NCBI GenBank assembly: GCA_963796255.1
Contig: CAWCLE010000010.1
Coordinates: 125,765-189,764, forward strand
Direction of reading: 5' to 3'
Origin: an uncultured delta proteobacterium
GTDB lineage: Bacteria; Desulfobacterota; Desulfobulbia; Desulfobulbales; Desulfocapsaceae
Length of the DNA: 64,000 bases
This document shows, piece after piece, positions 18,864 through 27,766 of this stretch. The position numbers and the translations under genes are program-made. The first letter of the stretch is position 1. Each line of letters opens with the position of its first letter. The notes below the pieces were generated by a model, which saw only the letters and a program-made list of their open reading frames with translations, had not been told where the DNA came from and did no database searches.

Positions 18864-19499
18864 ATGGCCCCGGTGATAAAAGGTATCTTCCCGCAAAGCA
18901 CGAAAACCGACCACGAAGCCAAAAAAGATGAGAAGCAGGTTCCCAGCTATGTTTTGCATATTTCCATAACTTTTTCCGACCCGCTCATCTGGCGACGCGT
19001 CCAGGTACCGGGGACATTTACCCTGGCGCAACTCCACGACACCATCCAACAGAGTATGGGCTGGAGCGATTCCCATGTCCATCAGTTTCTGGTCGGCAAG
19101 ATCAGCTATGAACCAGCCATGAAAACCAAGTCCCCCCGAGAAACAAAGCGATTCGACGAATACAAATATAAGCTGTACACCCTGGAGGAAGGAATGCGGT
19201 TCATGTTTTCCTACCTCTATGGCGCCGGGGAAGGATGGGAGCATGAAATTCATCTGGAGGAGATTGTCCCGCCGACCAGACAGCTCAGCCACCCGATCCT
19301 GCTCGCCGGTGTAATGGCCTGTCCGCCGGAGACAATTGGCGACATTCATCAATACCAGAAGTTTTTATCCGATCTCGAATCGTCGGACAAAAAGATAGAT
19401 GAGAATCTGCTGGAGCTTACCGGCCGCCCCGATTTTGATCCGAATTATTTTGATCTGGAAGCGGCCAGGAAAAGAGTGGCGGCATGCGCTGCAAAGTGA
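18864..19499 (+). CDS. pRiA4b ORF-3-like family protein
   Basis: The preferred ATG is at 18864, after GGAGGA. The hallmark sequence is YVLHISITFSDPLIWRRVQVPGTFTLAQLHDTIQQSMGWSDSHVHQF. Confidence 0.7.
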   Translation: MAPVIKGIFPQSTKTDHEAKKDEKQVPSYVLHISITFSDPLIWRRVQVPGTFTLAQLHDTIQQSMGWSDSHVHQFLVGKISYEPAMKTKSPRETKRFDEYKYKLYTLEEGMRFMFSYLYGAGEGWEHEIHLEEIVPPTRQLSHPILLAGVMACPPETIGDIHQYQKFLSDLESSDKKIDENLLELTGRPDFDPNYFDLEAARKRVAACAAK

Positions 19500-19526
19500 C
19501 AATCCGGCGATGGCCGGCGGCAACGC

Positions 19527-20912
19527 TCACTTGCCGCTTTCACCCTCCGTTTCTCTCCCCGCCAGGCGGTATAATTTGATCTTGCGCCAGAGAGTTGTCC
19601 GGGGAATCCCAAGAATCTGGGCAGTCACGCCCCTATTGTAGCCTGTCCGCCTGAGCACTTTCATAATATATCTCTGTTCCATTTCGGCAAGCGAAGGAAA
19701 ACCGTCGCCCGCCAGGGTATCGAATTCCAGATGCTGCAGATCCTTGGGCAGATCCTGCGGGCCGATCTCCTCTCTTTCAGTCAGGGCCAGGGCCCGTTCA
19801 ATGATGTTTTCCAGCTCGCGAACATTACCCGGAAAGCTATACTGCAGCAGGATATTGAGTGCCGGCTCCTGAATTCTGGTGACCTGTTTATGAAAGGCCA
19901 GGCTGTATTTCTTGATAAAATGGCGGGTCAGCAGCGGGATATCCTCGCGCCTGGCTGACAGGGACGGGACGGCAATGGACACCACGTTCAGACGAAAAAA
20001 CAAATCTTCGCGAAAGGTGCCTGCCTCCACCTCATGCTTGAGTTCTTTGTTGGTCGCGGTGATAATCCGGATATCGAGATCGATCGATCGGGTACCACCG
20101 ACGCGGAAAATCTGCCGCTCCTGGATGACATGAAGGAGTTTTACCTGCAGGTTGAGCGGCATTTCCCCGATTTCATCGAGAAATACAGTGCCACCGGCGG
20201 CCGATTCGAGCAGTCCTATCTTGGTCGTCACGGCACCGGTGAAAGCCCCTTTTTCATGGCCGAAGAGTTCACTGTTGATAAGCTCATCGGTGAACCCGCC
20301 GCAGTTGAAGGTGACAAAGGGGTGGTTTTTTTTGGGGCTGAGCTGGTGGATCGCCTTGGCCACCAGTGCTTTTCCGGTGCCGCTTGCGCCCTGGATAAGC
20401 ACGTTGCAGTCAACCGGCGCCACCTTGCGAATCAGGGTGAACAGCTCCTGGATTAGCGGGCTGTTGCCGATAATCGAGGCGAGGCCGGAATCCCCCTTCA
20501 GTGCCTCTCTGAGGCGCAGATTTTCCAGCCGCATGGAAATTTTATCCCTGGCGCTCTGGGCCAGCAGACGAATCTCCGCGAGATTGACCGGCTTGGCGAC
20601 ATAGTGATAGGCTCCGTTACGCATGGCCTCGACGGCGGTTTCGACGCTTTTATGCCCGGTGATGATGATCACCTCGGTTTCCGGATGCAGCCCCTTTACC
20701 CTGGACAGTATTTCCAGGCCGTCGAGATCAGGCAGGCGCATGTCTAAAAAGACGATATCAAAGGCTTGCTGCACCATTCGTTCAAGAAAAGAACGGCCCA
20801 TAATGAAGGCCTCGACGGCATAGTCCTCGCGGGACAGGACTTGACTCAGCCGACGGCAGACAATTTCTTCATCATCGACAATCGCAAGGCGTAATTTCAT
20901 CCGATACTCCAT
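19527..20912 (-). CDS. NtrC-family sigma-54-dependent response regulator (REC-AAA+-HTH), cassette A
   Basis: REC domain (LAIVDDEEIV...DIVFLDMRLPDLDG), Walker A GASGTGKA, the GAFTGA loop and an HTH (GVTAQILGIPRTTLWRKIK). Confidence 0.9.
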   Translation of the reverse strand: MEYRMKLRLAIVDDEEIVCRRLSQVLSREDYAVEAFIMGRSFLERMVQQAFDIVFLDMRLPDLDGLEILSRVKGLHPETEVIIITGHKSVETAVEAMRNGAYHYVAKPVNLAEIRLLAQSARDKISMRLENLRLREALKGDSGLASIIGNSPLIQELFTLIRKVAPVDCNVLIQGASGTGKALVAKAIHQLSPKKNHPFVTFNCGGFTDELINSELFGHEKGAFTGAVTTKIGLLESAAGGTVFLDEIGEMPLNLQVKLLHVIQERQIFRVGGTRSIDLDIRIITATNKELKHEVEAGTFREDLFFRLNVVSIAVPSLSARREDIPLLTRHFIKKYSLAFHKQVTRIQEPALNILLQYSFPGNVRELENIIERALALTEREEIGPQDLPKDLQHLEFDTLAGDGFPSLAEMEQRYIMKVLRRTGYNRGVTAQILGIPRTTLWRKIKLYRLAGRETEGESGK

Positions 20913-22420
20913 CCGGCAAAATCATTGATAATCGCCGGCAACAGGACAGAGATCTTCGTTCCCCGGTCAGGCGCGCTGACCACCTCGATTCGGCCGCCAT
21001 GGCGCTTGACTATGGCAAAACTGACCGCCAGACCAAGCCCCGTTCCTTTGCCGACTTCCTTGGTTGAAAAAAACGGTTCGAAGATCTTTTCCTGAATGTC
21101 CGGCGGGATGCCGGCACCATTATCTTCCACGGTAAATTTAATAAAGCCGGCAATATTGGCCAAGCCCGCGTGGATGCCGATTTTTCCGCCGGCAGGTGTC
21201 GCCTGTATCGCATTGACCAGCAAATTGGTCAGGACCTGTTGCAGGTTGCCCAGATTGCCTTTTATCTCCGGCAGATTGTCTGTGCAGGTCGTTTCCAGCT
21301 GCAAGTCGGCCATCTTGAACTGGTTTTTAATGAGATTGACGGTGCTGGACAGGATAAGCGAAGGGGCAAGGTGGGAGAATTTCGGATTTTCCGTGCGGGA
21401 GAAATCGAGGAGATTCTTGACGATGTCCGCAGCGCGTTCCGCCTGGCTTTGAATATCCCCAAGCATTTCCGCGCAATTCTCATCGATGTCCTTACCGTAC
21501 TCTTCACTTAAGGCTTCTGCGGTGAGGGCAATATTATTGATCGGGTTGTTCAACTCATGGGCAATACCGGCAGTAAAAGTGCCTATCGCAGCGATTTTTC
21601 GCGTCTGGATCAGATCTTCCTGGTTTGTTTCCAGTTCTGCAGCCATACGATTGAAGGCCTCGATAAGACAGGAAATCTCCTCGAGGCGGACGCCGTGATA
21701 ATCAATGGGACTGAAATCTCCCCGGCCGACCGAGCGGGTTGTTTCCATCACCACATCAAGAGGGGTGAGCAGGCCTTGAGAGATAATTCGGAAAACCAGC
21801 ACCATCAGACCGAGAAGAATAACCAGCACAAAGAAGGGGATAGTCAGGATTCGGACAATGGTCGCATGGATACGTTTTCGCTTGATCAGGCGAAAATGGT
21901 CGGCGGCATCGGTGAGCGTCTTGCCGAGATTGCGGATTTTTTCCGGCGGGAGACTCTCTCCCACGCTGACGCGATCGATAAACCGGCGATAGTCGACCAG
22001 ATGGCTCTGGAAATTCTGATAGGCCAATCTGCCGTCAAGCAGTGGCAGATCCAGGGCAAGATCGGTAAGTAACACATCAATACGATTGAGATATTCCCTG
22101 CTTTCGGCGAGGCTCTCTTTGTCGGCATAAATCAAATAATTCTTCTCGAACCTGCGTACTTCTAAAATATTGTTCAACAAATCGTCATACCTCTCACTGA
22201 GCTCGAGGCGTGTTTTCAGCGTTGACAGGTTCCAATAAGCTAAAGCGGTCAGGACTCCGATTAAGATAAAGGTCAGGGCAAAAACGACCAGGATCTTGCC
22301 TTTTATTGATCCCAGGTGCAGCCCCTTGCCCTTCAACTGAGACAGTTGCCGAAAATAAAAGGTGGCAGGTTTATCGTTCATCATGCGACTCCGATAGATG
22401 GAATTTCGACAATATTTCAT
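20897..22420 (-). CDS. Sensor histidine kinase (2 TM with extracytoplasmic helical sensor, HAMP, HisKA, HATPase), cassette A
   Basis: H-box AGIAHELNNPINNI, N box LLVNAIQAT, and G boxes DNGAGIP and GTGLGLA. The gene overlaps the downstream RR gene by 16 nt. Confidence 0.85.
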   Translation of the reverse strand: MKYCRNSIYRSRMMNDKPATFYFRQLSQLKGKGLHLGSIKGKILVVFALTFILIGVLTALAYWNLSTLKTRLELSERYDDLLNNILEVRRFEKNYLIYADKESLAESREYLNRIDVLLTDLALDLPLLDGRLAYQNFQSHLVDYRRFIDRVSVGESLPPEKIRNLGKTLTDAADHFRLIKRKRIHATIVRILTIPFFVLVILLGLMVLVFRIISQGLLTPLDVVMETTRSVGRGDFSPIDYHGVRLEEISCLIEAFNRMAAELETNQEDLIQTRKIAAIGTFTAGIAHELNNPINNIALTAEALSEEYGKDIDENCAEMLGDIQSQAERAADIVKNLLDFSRTENPKFSHLAPSLILSSTVNLIKNQFKMADLQLETTCTDNLPEIKGNLGNLQQVLTNLLVNAIQATPAGGKIGIHAGLANIAGFIKFTVEDNGAGIPPDIQEKIFEPFFSTKEVGKGTGLGLAVSFAIVKRHGGRIEVVSAPDRGTKISVLLPAIINDFAGWSIG

Positions 22421-22470
22421 ATTGAAACATTTTTTATCGATTATAACCAGTTATGTTTCAATATGAAATA
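22413..22470. promoter_or_regulatory. Candidate activator-binding UAS: a perfect 18-bp inverted repeat with a 22-bp spacer
   Basis: TATTTCATATTGAAACAT (22413-22430) and ATGTTTCAATATGAAATA (22453-22470). Each arm contains the dyad TTTCA-N3-TGAAA. The UAS ends 73 bp upstream of the sigma-54 -24 element. Confidence 0.55.
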
Positions 22471-22542
22471 GAAAAGAAACAGGATAGCCGCAACAATCAT
22501 CGCATATTATTGGAATAATAGATTTTATCATTTCAAGCAACC

Positions 22543-22558
22543 TGGCATTCGATTTGCT
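22543..22558 (+). promoter_or_regulatory. Sigma-54 promoter of cassette A
   Basis: TGGCAT-TCGAT-TTGCT is a near-consensus -24/-12 element. It lies 25 nt upstream of the ATG at 22583, and the AAGGAG Shine-Dalgarno sequence sits between them. Confidence 0.75.
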
Positions 22559-22582
22559 TTAAGAGATAAACGAAGGAGATCA

Positions 22583-23002
22583 ATGGAAAAGATACTTGTA
22601 GCAATCGACAGCAGACGCGGCGCATGGGAGGCACTGTCCCATGCATGTTCCCTGGCCGGGAGAATAGATGCCGTTGTCAACGTCCTTCTGGTTTCTCCAC
22701 CCCACAGCACAAGACCCAGCGCTGAGTCCAGGGAAGTGGAAGAGGCAATCAAGAAAAGACTGCTGCTGCTTATCGAGGCGGCCCAGGCCAGGGGGGTAAA
22801 AATACATTATTTCATCACGGAGGGTGGATATGAACAGGAGGTGATAACTTTTATCAACAAGTACAAGATTTCGCTTTTTATATATGAGGCTGATGCCGGC
22901 AAGATTCGCCCCGGCGGGAAGGATCAGGCTTATTCCAGCTCTCTTCCTCACCGGATTTCATGTACGGTGGAAAGAGTTTTTACCAAGAAAAAAACAGCGT
23001 AA
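22583..23002 (+). CDS. Universal-stress-protein-like small alpha/beta protein
   Basis: 139 aa, with KILVAIDSRRGAWEALSHA at the N-terminus. I saw no clear G-2x-G-9x-G(S/T) ATP motif. Confidence 0.6.
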   Translation: MEKILVAIDSRRGAWEALSHACSLAGRIDAVVNVLLVSPPHSTRPSAESREVEEAIKKRLLLLIEAAQARGVKIHYFITEGGYEQEVITFINKYKISLFIYEADAGKIRPGGKDQAYSSSLPHRISCTVERVFTKKKTA

Positions 23003-23018
23003 ACAACGAGAGGATTCC

Positions 23019-23957
23019 ATGAGTTTTTCAATGAATTTGTATCTTCCCATTGCCGGCAACAGTATCAATTGCGTGGCGATACTGGGCCTCGGTGGAGTTG
23101 TCGGTCTGTTATCCGGCATCTTCGGCGTCGGTGGGGGTTTTCTAATGACCCCTCTACTTATCATGATGGGTATTCCCCCGACGGTGGCGGCCGCTTCCGA
23201 TTCCAATCAAATTGTCGGGGCGTCGACGTCCGGGACGCTGGCCCACTTTCGGATGGGCAATGTCGACATTAAAATGGGTCTGCTTTTACTGGTCGGCGGG
23301 ATAGCCGGCGGCACGGTCGGCGTGCAGATTATCAAAATTCTCCGCCAGCTCGGCAATGCCGATTTCCTGATCAGCGTCACCTACGTCCTTATGCTCGGCT
23401 TTGTCGGGGGATATATGTTTCTTGAAAGCCTGCAGGCCATGCGCAAGGCAAAGCAACCGTCCCCAATCGAGACCGCTCCCCGGAAAGAATCTGCTTACGC
23501 AAAAATGATGCGCAGCCTTCCCTTCCAGATGGATTTCCAGCGTTCCGGCATTCGCATGTCGCTGGTCATGCCTTTGGTGCTCGGCACCATGGTCGGTGTG
23601 CTTGCAGCCATCATGGGGGTTGGCGGCGGCTTCGTCATGGTCCCGGTGATGGTCTATCTGTTGCGTATGCCGATGCATGTGGTGGTTGGAACCAGCCTCT
23701 TTCAGATCCTCTTCACCTGTATCAATGTGACGATAATGCAGGCCTCCCAGAATCATACCGTGGATTTCATTCTTGCCCTGCTGCTGCTGATCGGTTCCGC
23801 CCTCGGGGCCCAGGTCGGGGCAAAGGTCGGCAAGAAACTCGGCGGCGAACAATTGAAAATCGCCCTTGCTTCCCTGGTTCTGGTGGTAATGTTTAAGATG
23901 CTCTATGACCTGCTGGCCAGACCGGATATCTTGCTCAGCTATATGGGAGGACATTGA
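23019..23957 (+). CDS. TauE/SafE (TSUP) family anion permease
   Basis: The preferred ATG is at 23019 (MSFSMNLYLPIAG). The protein has about 8 TM helices and a duplicated motif (GIFGVGGGFLMTPLL and IMGVGGGFVMVPVM). Confidence 0.8.
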   Translation: MSFSMNLYLPIAGNSINCVAILGLGGVVGLLSGIFGVGGGFLMTPLLIMMGIPPTVAAASDSNQIVGASTSGTLAHFRMGNVDIKMGLLLLVGGIAGGTVGVQIIKILRQLGNADFLISVTYVLMLGFVGGYMFLESLQAMRKAKQPSPIETAPRKESAYAKMMRSLPFQMDFQRSGIRMSLVMPLVLGTMVGVLAAIMGVGGGFVMVPVMVYLLRMPMHVVVGTSLFQILFTCINVTIMQASQNHTVDFILALLLLIGSALGAQVGAKVGKKLGGEQLKIALASLVLVVMFKMLYDLLARPDILLSYMGGH

Positions 23958-23958
23958 G

Positions 23959-24723
23959 ATGACATTTCTGCGCTATCTGCCCATGCCGGCCCTGCTGCTT
24001 CTCGTTCTTCTGCCCGGCCCGGCTCATGCAGCCGCTCCTCTATCTATGACCGTCGCCCCGGCAAACATCCATATGGGCGCCCGTTTTGACGGCACCACCC
24101 TGACAGTATCCGGAACGGTCCCTGCCGGCAGCGACGTCATCTTACGTTTCACCGGTGCACCGGAAGATCTCCATCTCCGCCAAAAGGGCAAGGTCTTTGG
24201 CCTGTTATGGATGAATACCGGCACGGTGCACCTGAAAAACGTGCCCAAAATCTGCCTTCTTGACTCGTCACGTCCTCTCACCGAACTGGGCGCTGCCGGG
24301 ACTTCCCTGGAGCTTGCCGGCCTCAAGTCCGATATTGCCGTGGAAAAAGGCGGCAACGCTGAAGAGAGCGAGGTGATCCATGAACTGCTGCTGCTGAAGA
24401 AACACGATCACCTGTACAGCGAAAGGACCAACAGCGTCGTTCTTGGTCCGGATACCGCAGACGGTCGCACCTTTACCGCCGGGATACGCATTCCTTCCGC
24501 GGTCGCTCCGGCCCACTACACCCTGGAACTTTTTGCCGTGCACGACGGGGCAATAAGCAGTCGACAGACAACCGATGTAACCGCGGAACTGACCGGCTTT
24601 CCCAGGTGGCTCAGCACACTGGCCTTTTCCAACGGCCTGCTCTATGGCATACTGGCGACTATCATCGCCGTTGTCAGCGGGCTGGCGATCGGCCTGGTAT
24701 TTCAAAGCAAGGGGGCACATTGA
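23959..24723 (+). CDS. TIGR02186-like (Alph_Pro_TM) exported protein with a C-terminal TM anchor
   Basis: The ATG at 23959 sits immediately after the TauE stop codon. It has a signal peptide ending PAHA. Motifs are KGKVFGLLWMN, LLLLKKHDHLYSE, APAHYTLELFAVHDG and a C-terminal TM helix (LLYGILATIIAVVSGLAIGLVF). This family is commonly paired with TauE-type genes, from memory. Confidence 0.6.
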   Translation: MTFLRYLPMPALLLLVLLPGPAHAAAPLSMTVAPANIHMGARFDGTTLTVSGTVPAGSDVILRFTGAPEDLHLRQKGKVFGLLWMNTGTVHLKNVPKICLLDSSRPLTELGAAGTSLELAGLKSDIAVEKGGNAEESEVIHELLLLKKHDHLYSERTNSVVLGPDTADGRTFTAGIRIPSAVAPAHYTLELFAVHDGAISSRQTTDVTAELTGFPRWLSTLAFSNGLLYGILATIIAVVSGLAIGLVFQSKGAH

Positions 24724-24737
24724 AAACGTGAACTCTT

Positions 24738-27308
24738 ATGTCTGCTCTCAATAAGGTCATCCAGAAACTGCTCGCTTACCCACGGCGCCGTAAACAGGTA
24801 TTGCCGTTTACGGTGCTTTTTAAAAAGTTCCAGTCCATCCTGGAAAGCAACAACCAGGTCCTTGAGCTGATGGCTGATATGGGCGATAAACTGGGAGGAG
24901 AGTATGTTTTTGACCGGCGGTATATTGAGGATGCGGCAGAAAAGGTCGGCGACCATGTTTTTAAGCTGATTTCCGGCCTCAGCATCCTCACCCAGCGCAA
25001 GAATGTCGAACTTTTTGTGGCTTTTGAGCGTATCCGGCAGGCAATCCAAGGCGAGTTGTCGGGCAACCATTATCTGCCAACCGGCAATCTGGTCCTGCCG
25101 CTTGGGGAACTAAATTCGGAAATGAGTGAGCAGGCGGGCGATAAAATGGCCAAGCTCGGTGATATCAGCAATCGCCTGGGACTCACAACATCTGAAGGTT
25201 TCGTGATAACCACCCAGGCTTTTTTTGAGTTCATGAAGAAAACAGGCCTGCTGGAAAAAGCCACCCAGGCACCACAGTTCCATCAAAAAGGCGACGATGC
25301 AGCCTTTCAACAGCTTGCCGAGACCATGCAGCAAAGTATTCTCGACACGCCGGTGCCGCGGCACCTGAAGGCCCAGATTTCTGCCCAGTTCGATGCTCTT
25401 GCCGAACGGATGCAGCGCCCGCAGTTGACCATGGCCGTTCGAAGCAGCGGCTGGGGCGAAGGAGAAGACACCAGTTTTGCCGGGCAGTACACCACCCTGT
25501 TGAACGTGTCGCCCGATCAGCTTATCGACTGCTACCGGCGGGTCGTCGCCGGTGCCTATTCGTTCAAGGCGTGGAGTTATCGCCTGCACAAGGGCTATCT
25601 GGAGCATGAGACAGCCATGGCCGTCGGTTGCCAGGTGATGGTCGACAGCCGGGTCAGTGGTGTCCTCCACACCTATGCCCCGGATGCGGCTGATGGGGCC
25701 ATGCTGGTCAACGGCATGTGGGGCCTCTGCGCCCCGGTAGTCGAAGGCAGTAGACGAACCGACACGATAATTCTCGATCGGCGCCCGCCTTACGCCGTCC
25801 TCACCGAGACCGTGGCGGCAAAACCGCAGCGGCTGGTCCTTGCCCGGGCTGGCGGCACGGTGTGGGAAGATACCCCGTCTGCGCTGCGCGACATACCCTG
25901 CCTGACCGGCAGCCAGCTAGAGGAACTCGCCCGGACCTCCATGCGCATCGAGCGCTACTATAAGAGACCCCAGGAGATTGAGTGGACGTTTGACGCTCAC
26001 GGCCGCTTACTCATCCTCCAGGCGCGGCCGCTGCGTTTTCGGGAAACGCCGTCCATTCCCAAGGCCCAACTGCTCGAGGCCACCCGCGATGCGGAGATCA
26101 TTCTCTCCGATCGGGGTTTAGTCGCCCAGCGTGGCATCGGCATCGGCAAAATCTTTCGTGTGGACAATGATACCGACCTGAAAAACTTCCCTTACGGCGC
26201 AATTATGCTGGCCAAATATACCTCCCCACGTTATTCGTCGATCATGCACAAGGCGCGGGGAATCATTACCGATGTTGGTTCCCCCACCGGCCATATGGCA
26301 TCCCTGGCCCGGGAATTCAGAGTGCCGACGATTGTCGATACGGAGGTGGCGACGTCTCTTTTGCACACCGGTGATGAAATCACCCTCGATGCCACCCAAA
26401 ACATTGTCTATCGCGGCAGTATCATCGCTCTGGCTCGTTTTGATTTGATTGAAGACGAGGTCTTTGAAGATTTTTATGAATATCGTCTGCTGCGCCGGCT
26501 GCTTAAATTTATCAGCCCTCTACACCTCCTGGATCCGCAAGGTGATAACTTTACCCCGGCCGCCTGTCGCACCTATCATGATATCGCCCGGTATATTCAT
26601 GAAAAAGCGGTTGAAGAGCTTATTAACCTGAGCGAAAAAAAAGAGGCGCAGTTTCTCTCCGCCCCGAAGCGACTGGTGGCCGACCTGCCGCTCGGGCTAA
26701 TGGTTATCGATGCGGGTGCGGGCACCAGTTGCGCACCGGATGCCCGGGTGGTCATGCCGGAGCAGATACTCTCTGTGCCCCTCCGTGATTTTTTAAACGG
26801 CCTCGATGAATCGGGCATGTGGGTGACCACTCCTGTTCCCGTCAATCTAGGCAGTTTCATGGCGAGCCTCACCCGTACTTCCATGGCCGGGCCAAAGGAC
26901 CTCGGCCGCAACCTCGCAGTCGTCCTGGAAAATTATATGAATATAAATATGCGGCTTGGCTATCATTTTACGGTAATAGATGCCTATATTTCAGATACAA
27001 TCAACGACAATTCCATCTATTTCAGGTTTCTCGGCGGGGTAACTGAATTTATCCGCCGCTCACGACGGGCGAAATTTATCGCTCAGGTCCTGGCCCATTT
27101 CGATTTCAGGGTTGAGGTACACGGCGATCTGGTGATCGGCCGGGTGAAAAAAATGTCCCGGCCGCGTATGTCCGAACGTATGCGTATCCTCGGCGGACTT
27201 GTCGGTTACACCCGGCAGCTCGACGCCCAGATGCACTCGGACAAAGATGTAACTCTGCACGCGCAACAGTTCATCGATGCCGTGCATAATGTGATGGGAG
27301 AAAAATAA
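24738..27308 (+). CDS. PEP-synthase-like phosphotransferase P1 (N-helical domain, intact PPDK_N ATP-grasp, phosphohistidine swivel, unassigned C-terminal domain; no TIM barrel)
   Basis: 856 aa. Motifs are AGDKMAKLGDI...EGFVITT, AVRSSGWGEGEDTSFAGQYTTLLNV, PQEIEWTF...LILQARPL, the swivel His in GSPTGHMASLAREFRVPTIV, and the C-terminal MRLGYHFTVIDAY...IYFRFLGG. Confidence 0.8.
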   Translation: MSALNKVIQKLLAYPRRRKQVLPFTVLFKKFQSILESNNQVLELMADMGDKLGGEYVFDRRYIEDAAEKVGDHVFKLISGLSILTQRKNVELFVAFERIRQAIQGELSGNHYLPTGNLVLPLGELNSEMSEQAGDKMAKLGDISNRLGLTTSEGFVITTQAFFEFMKKTGLLEKATQAPQFHQKGDDAAFQQLAETMQQSILDTPVPRHLKAQISAQFDALAERMQRPQLTMAVRSSGWGEGEDTSFAGQYTTLLNVSPDQLIDCYRRVVAGAYSFKAWSYRLHKGYLEHETAMAVGCQVMVDSRVSGVLHTYAPDAADGAMLVNGMWGLCAPVVEGSRRTDTIILDRRPPYAVLTETVAAKPQRLVLARAGGTVWEDTPSALRDIPCLTGSQLEELARTSMRIERYYKRPQEIEWTFDAHGRLLILQARPLRFRETPSIPKAQLLEATRDAEIILSDRGLVAQRGIGIGKIFRVDNDTDLKNFPYGAIMLAKYTSPRYSSIMHKARGIITDVGSPTGHMASLAREFRVPTIVDTEVATSLLHTGDEITLDATQNIVYRGSIIALARFDLIEDEVFEDFYEYRLLRRLLKFISPLHLLDPQGDNFTPAACRTYHDIARYIHEKAVEELINLSEKKEAQFLSAPKRLVADLPLGLMVIDAGAGTSCAPDARVVMPEQILSVPLRDFLNGLDESGMWVTTPVPVNLGSFMASLTRTSMAGPKDLGRNLAVVLENYMNINMRLGYHFTVIDAYISDTINDNSIYFRFLGGVTEFIRRSRRAKFIAQVLAHFDFRVEVHGDLVIGRVKKMSRPRMSERMRILGGLVGYTRQLDAQMHSDKDVTLHAQQFIDAVHNVMGEK

Positions 27309-27712
27309 TGCAACAGGACGACAACCAGAAATCATCGCGACTGCGCATCCTTATCTTAGATGATGAGCCTATCGTCTGTAAACGGTTGAAACCGGCTTTC
27401 GAAAAAAGAGGTTATGCCGTCGAAACCTATACGGAAAGCGCTTCAGCCCTTGCCCGCTTAGAAGAAATGGCGTTTGATATCGTCATCACCGACCTGAAAA
27501 TGGAAGGGGTCGACGGGATGCAGATCCTGACCCAGGCCAAAAAAACCGGCGAAAATACCCGCGTTATTATCATTACCGGCTTCGCTACTTTAGAAACGGC
27601 ACGGGAATCCTATCGCCTGGGGGCTTTTGATTTTGTCGCCAAACCATTTAAATTACGGGATATATTGGACTGTGTCAAAAAGGTCGAAGAGCAATTGCGG
27701 GCCGGACAATAA
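27308..27712 (+). CDS. Single-domain response regulator (CheY-like REC)
   Basis: 134 aa, with ILILDDEPIV...DIVITDLKMEGVDG...VIIITG...AKPF. Its ATG overlaps the P1 stop codon (TAATG). Confidence 0.85.
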   Translation: MQQDDNQKSSRLRILILDDEPIVCKRLKPAFEKRGYAVETYTESASALARLEEMAFDIVITDLKMEGVDGMQILTQAKKTGENTRVIIITGFATLETARESYRLGAFDFVAKPFKLRDILDCVKKVEEQLRAGQ

Positions 27713-27766
27713 CAGTCAATCAAGGTCATAAGAAGATTTTCCATATCATCCGGCGGAGACATAAAA

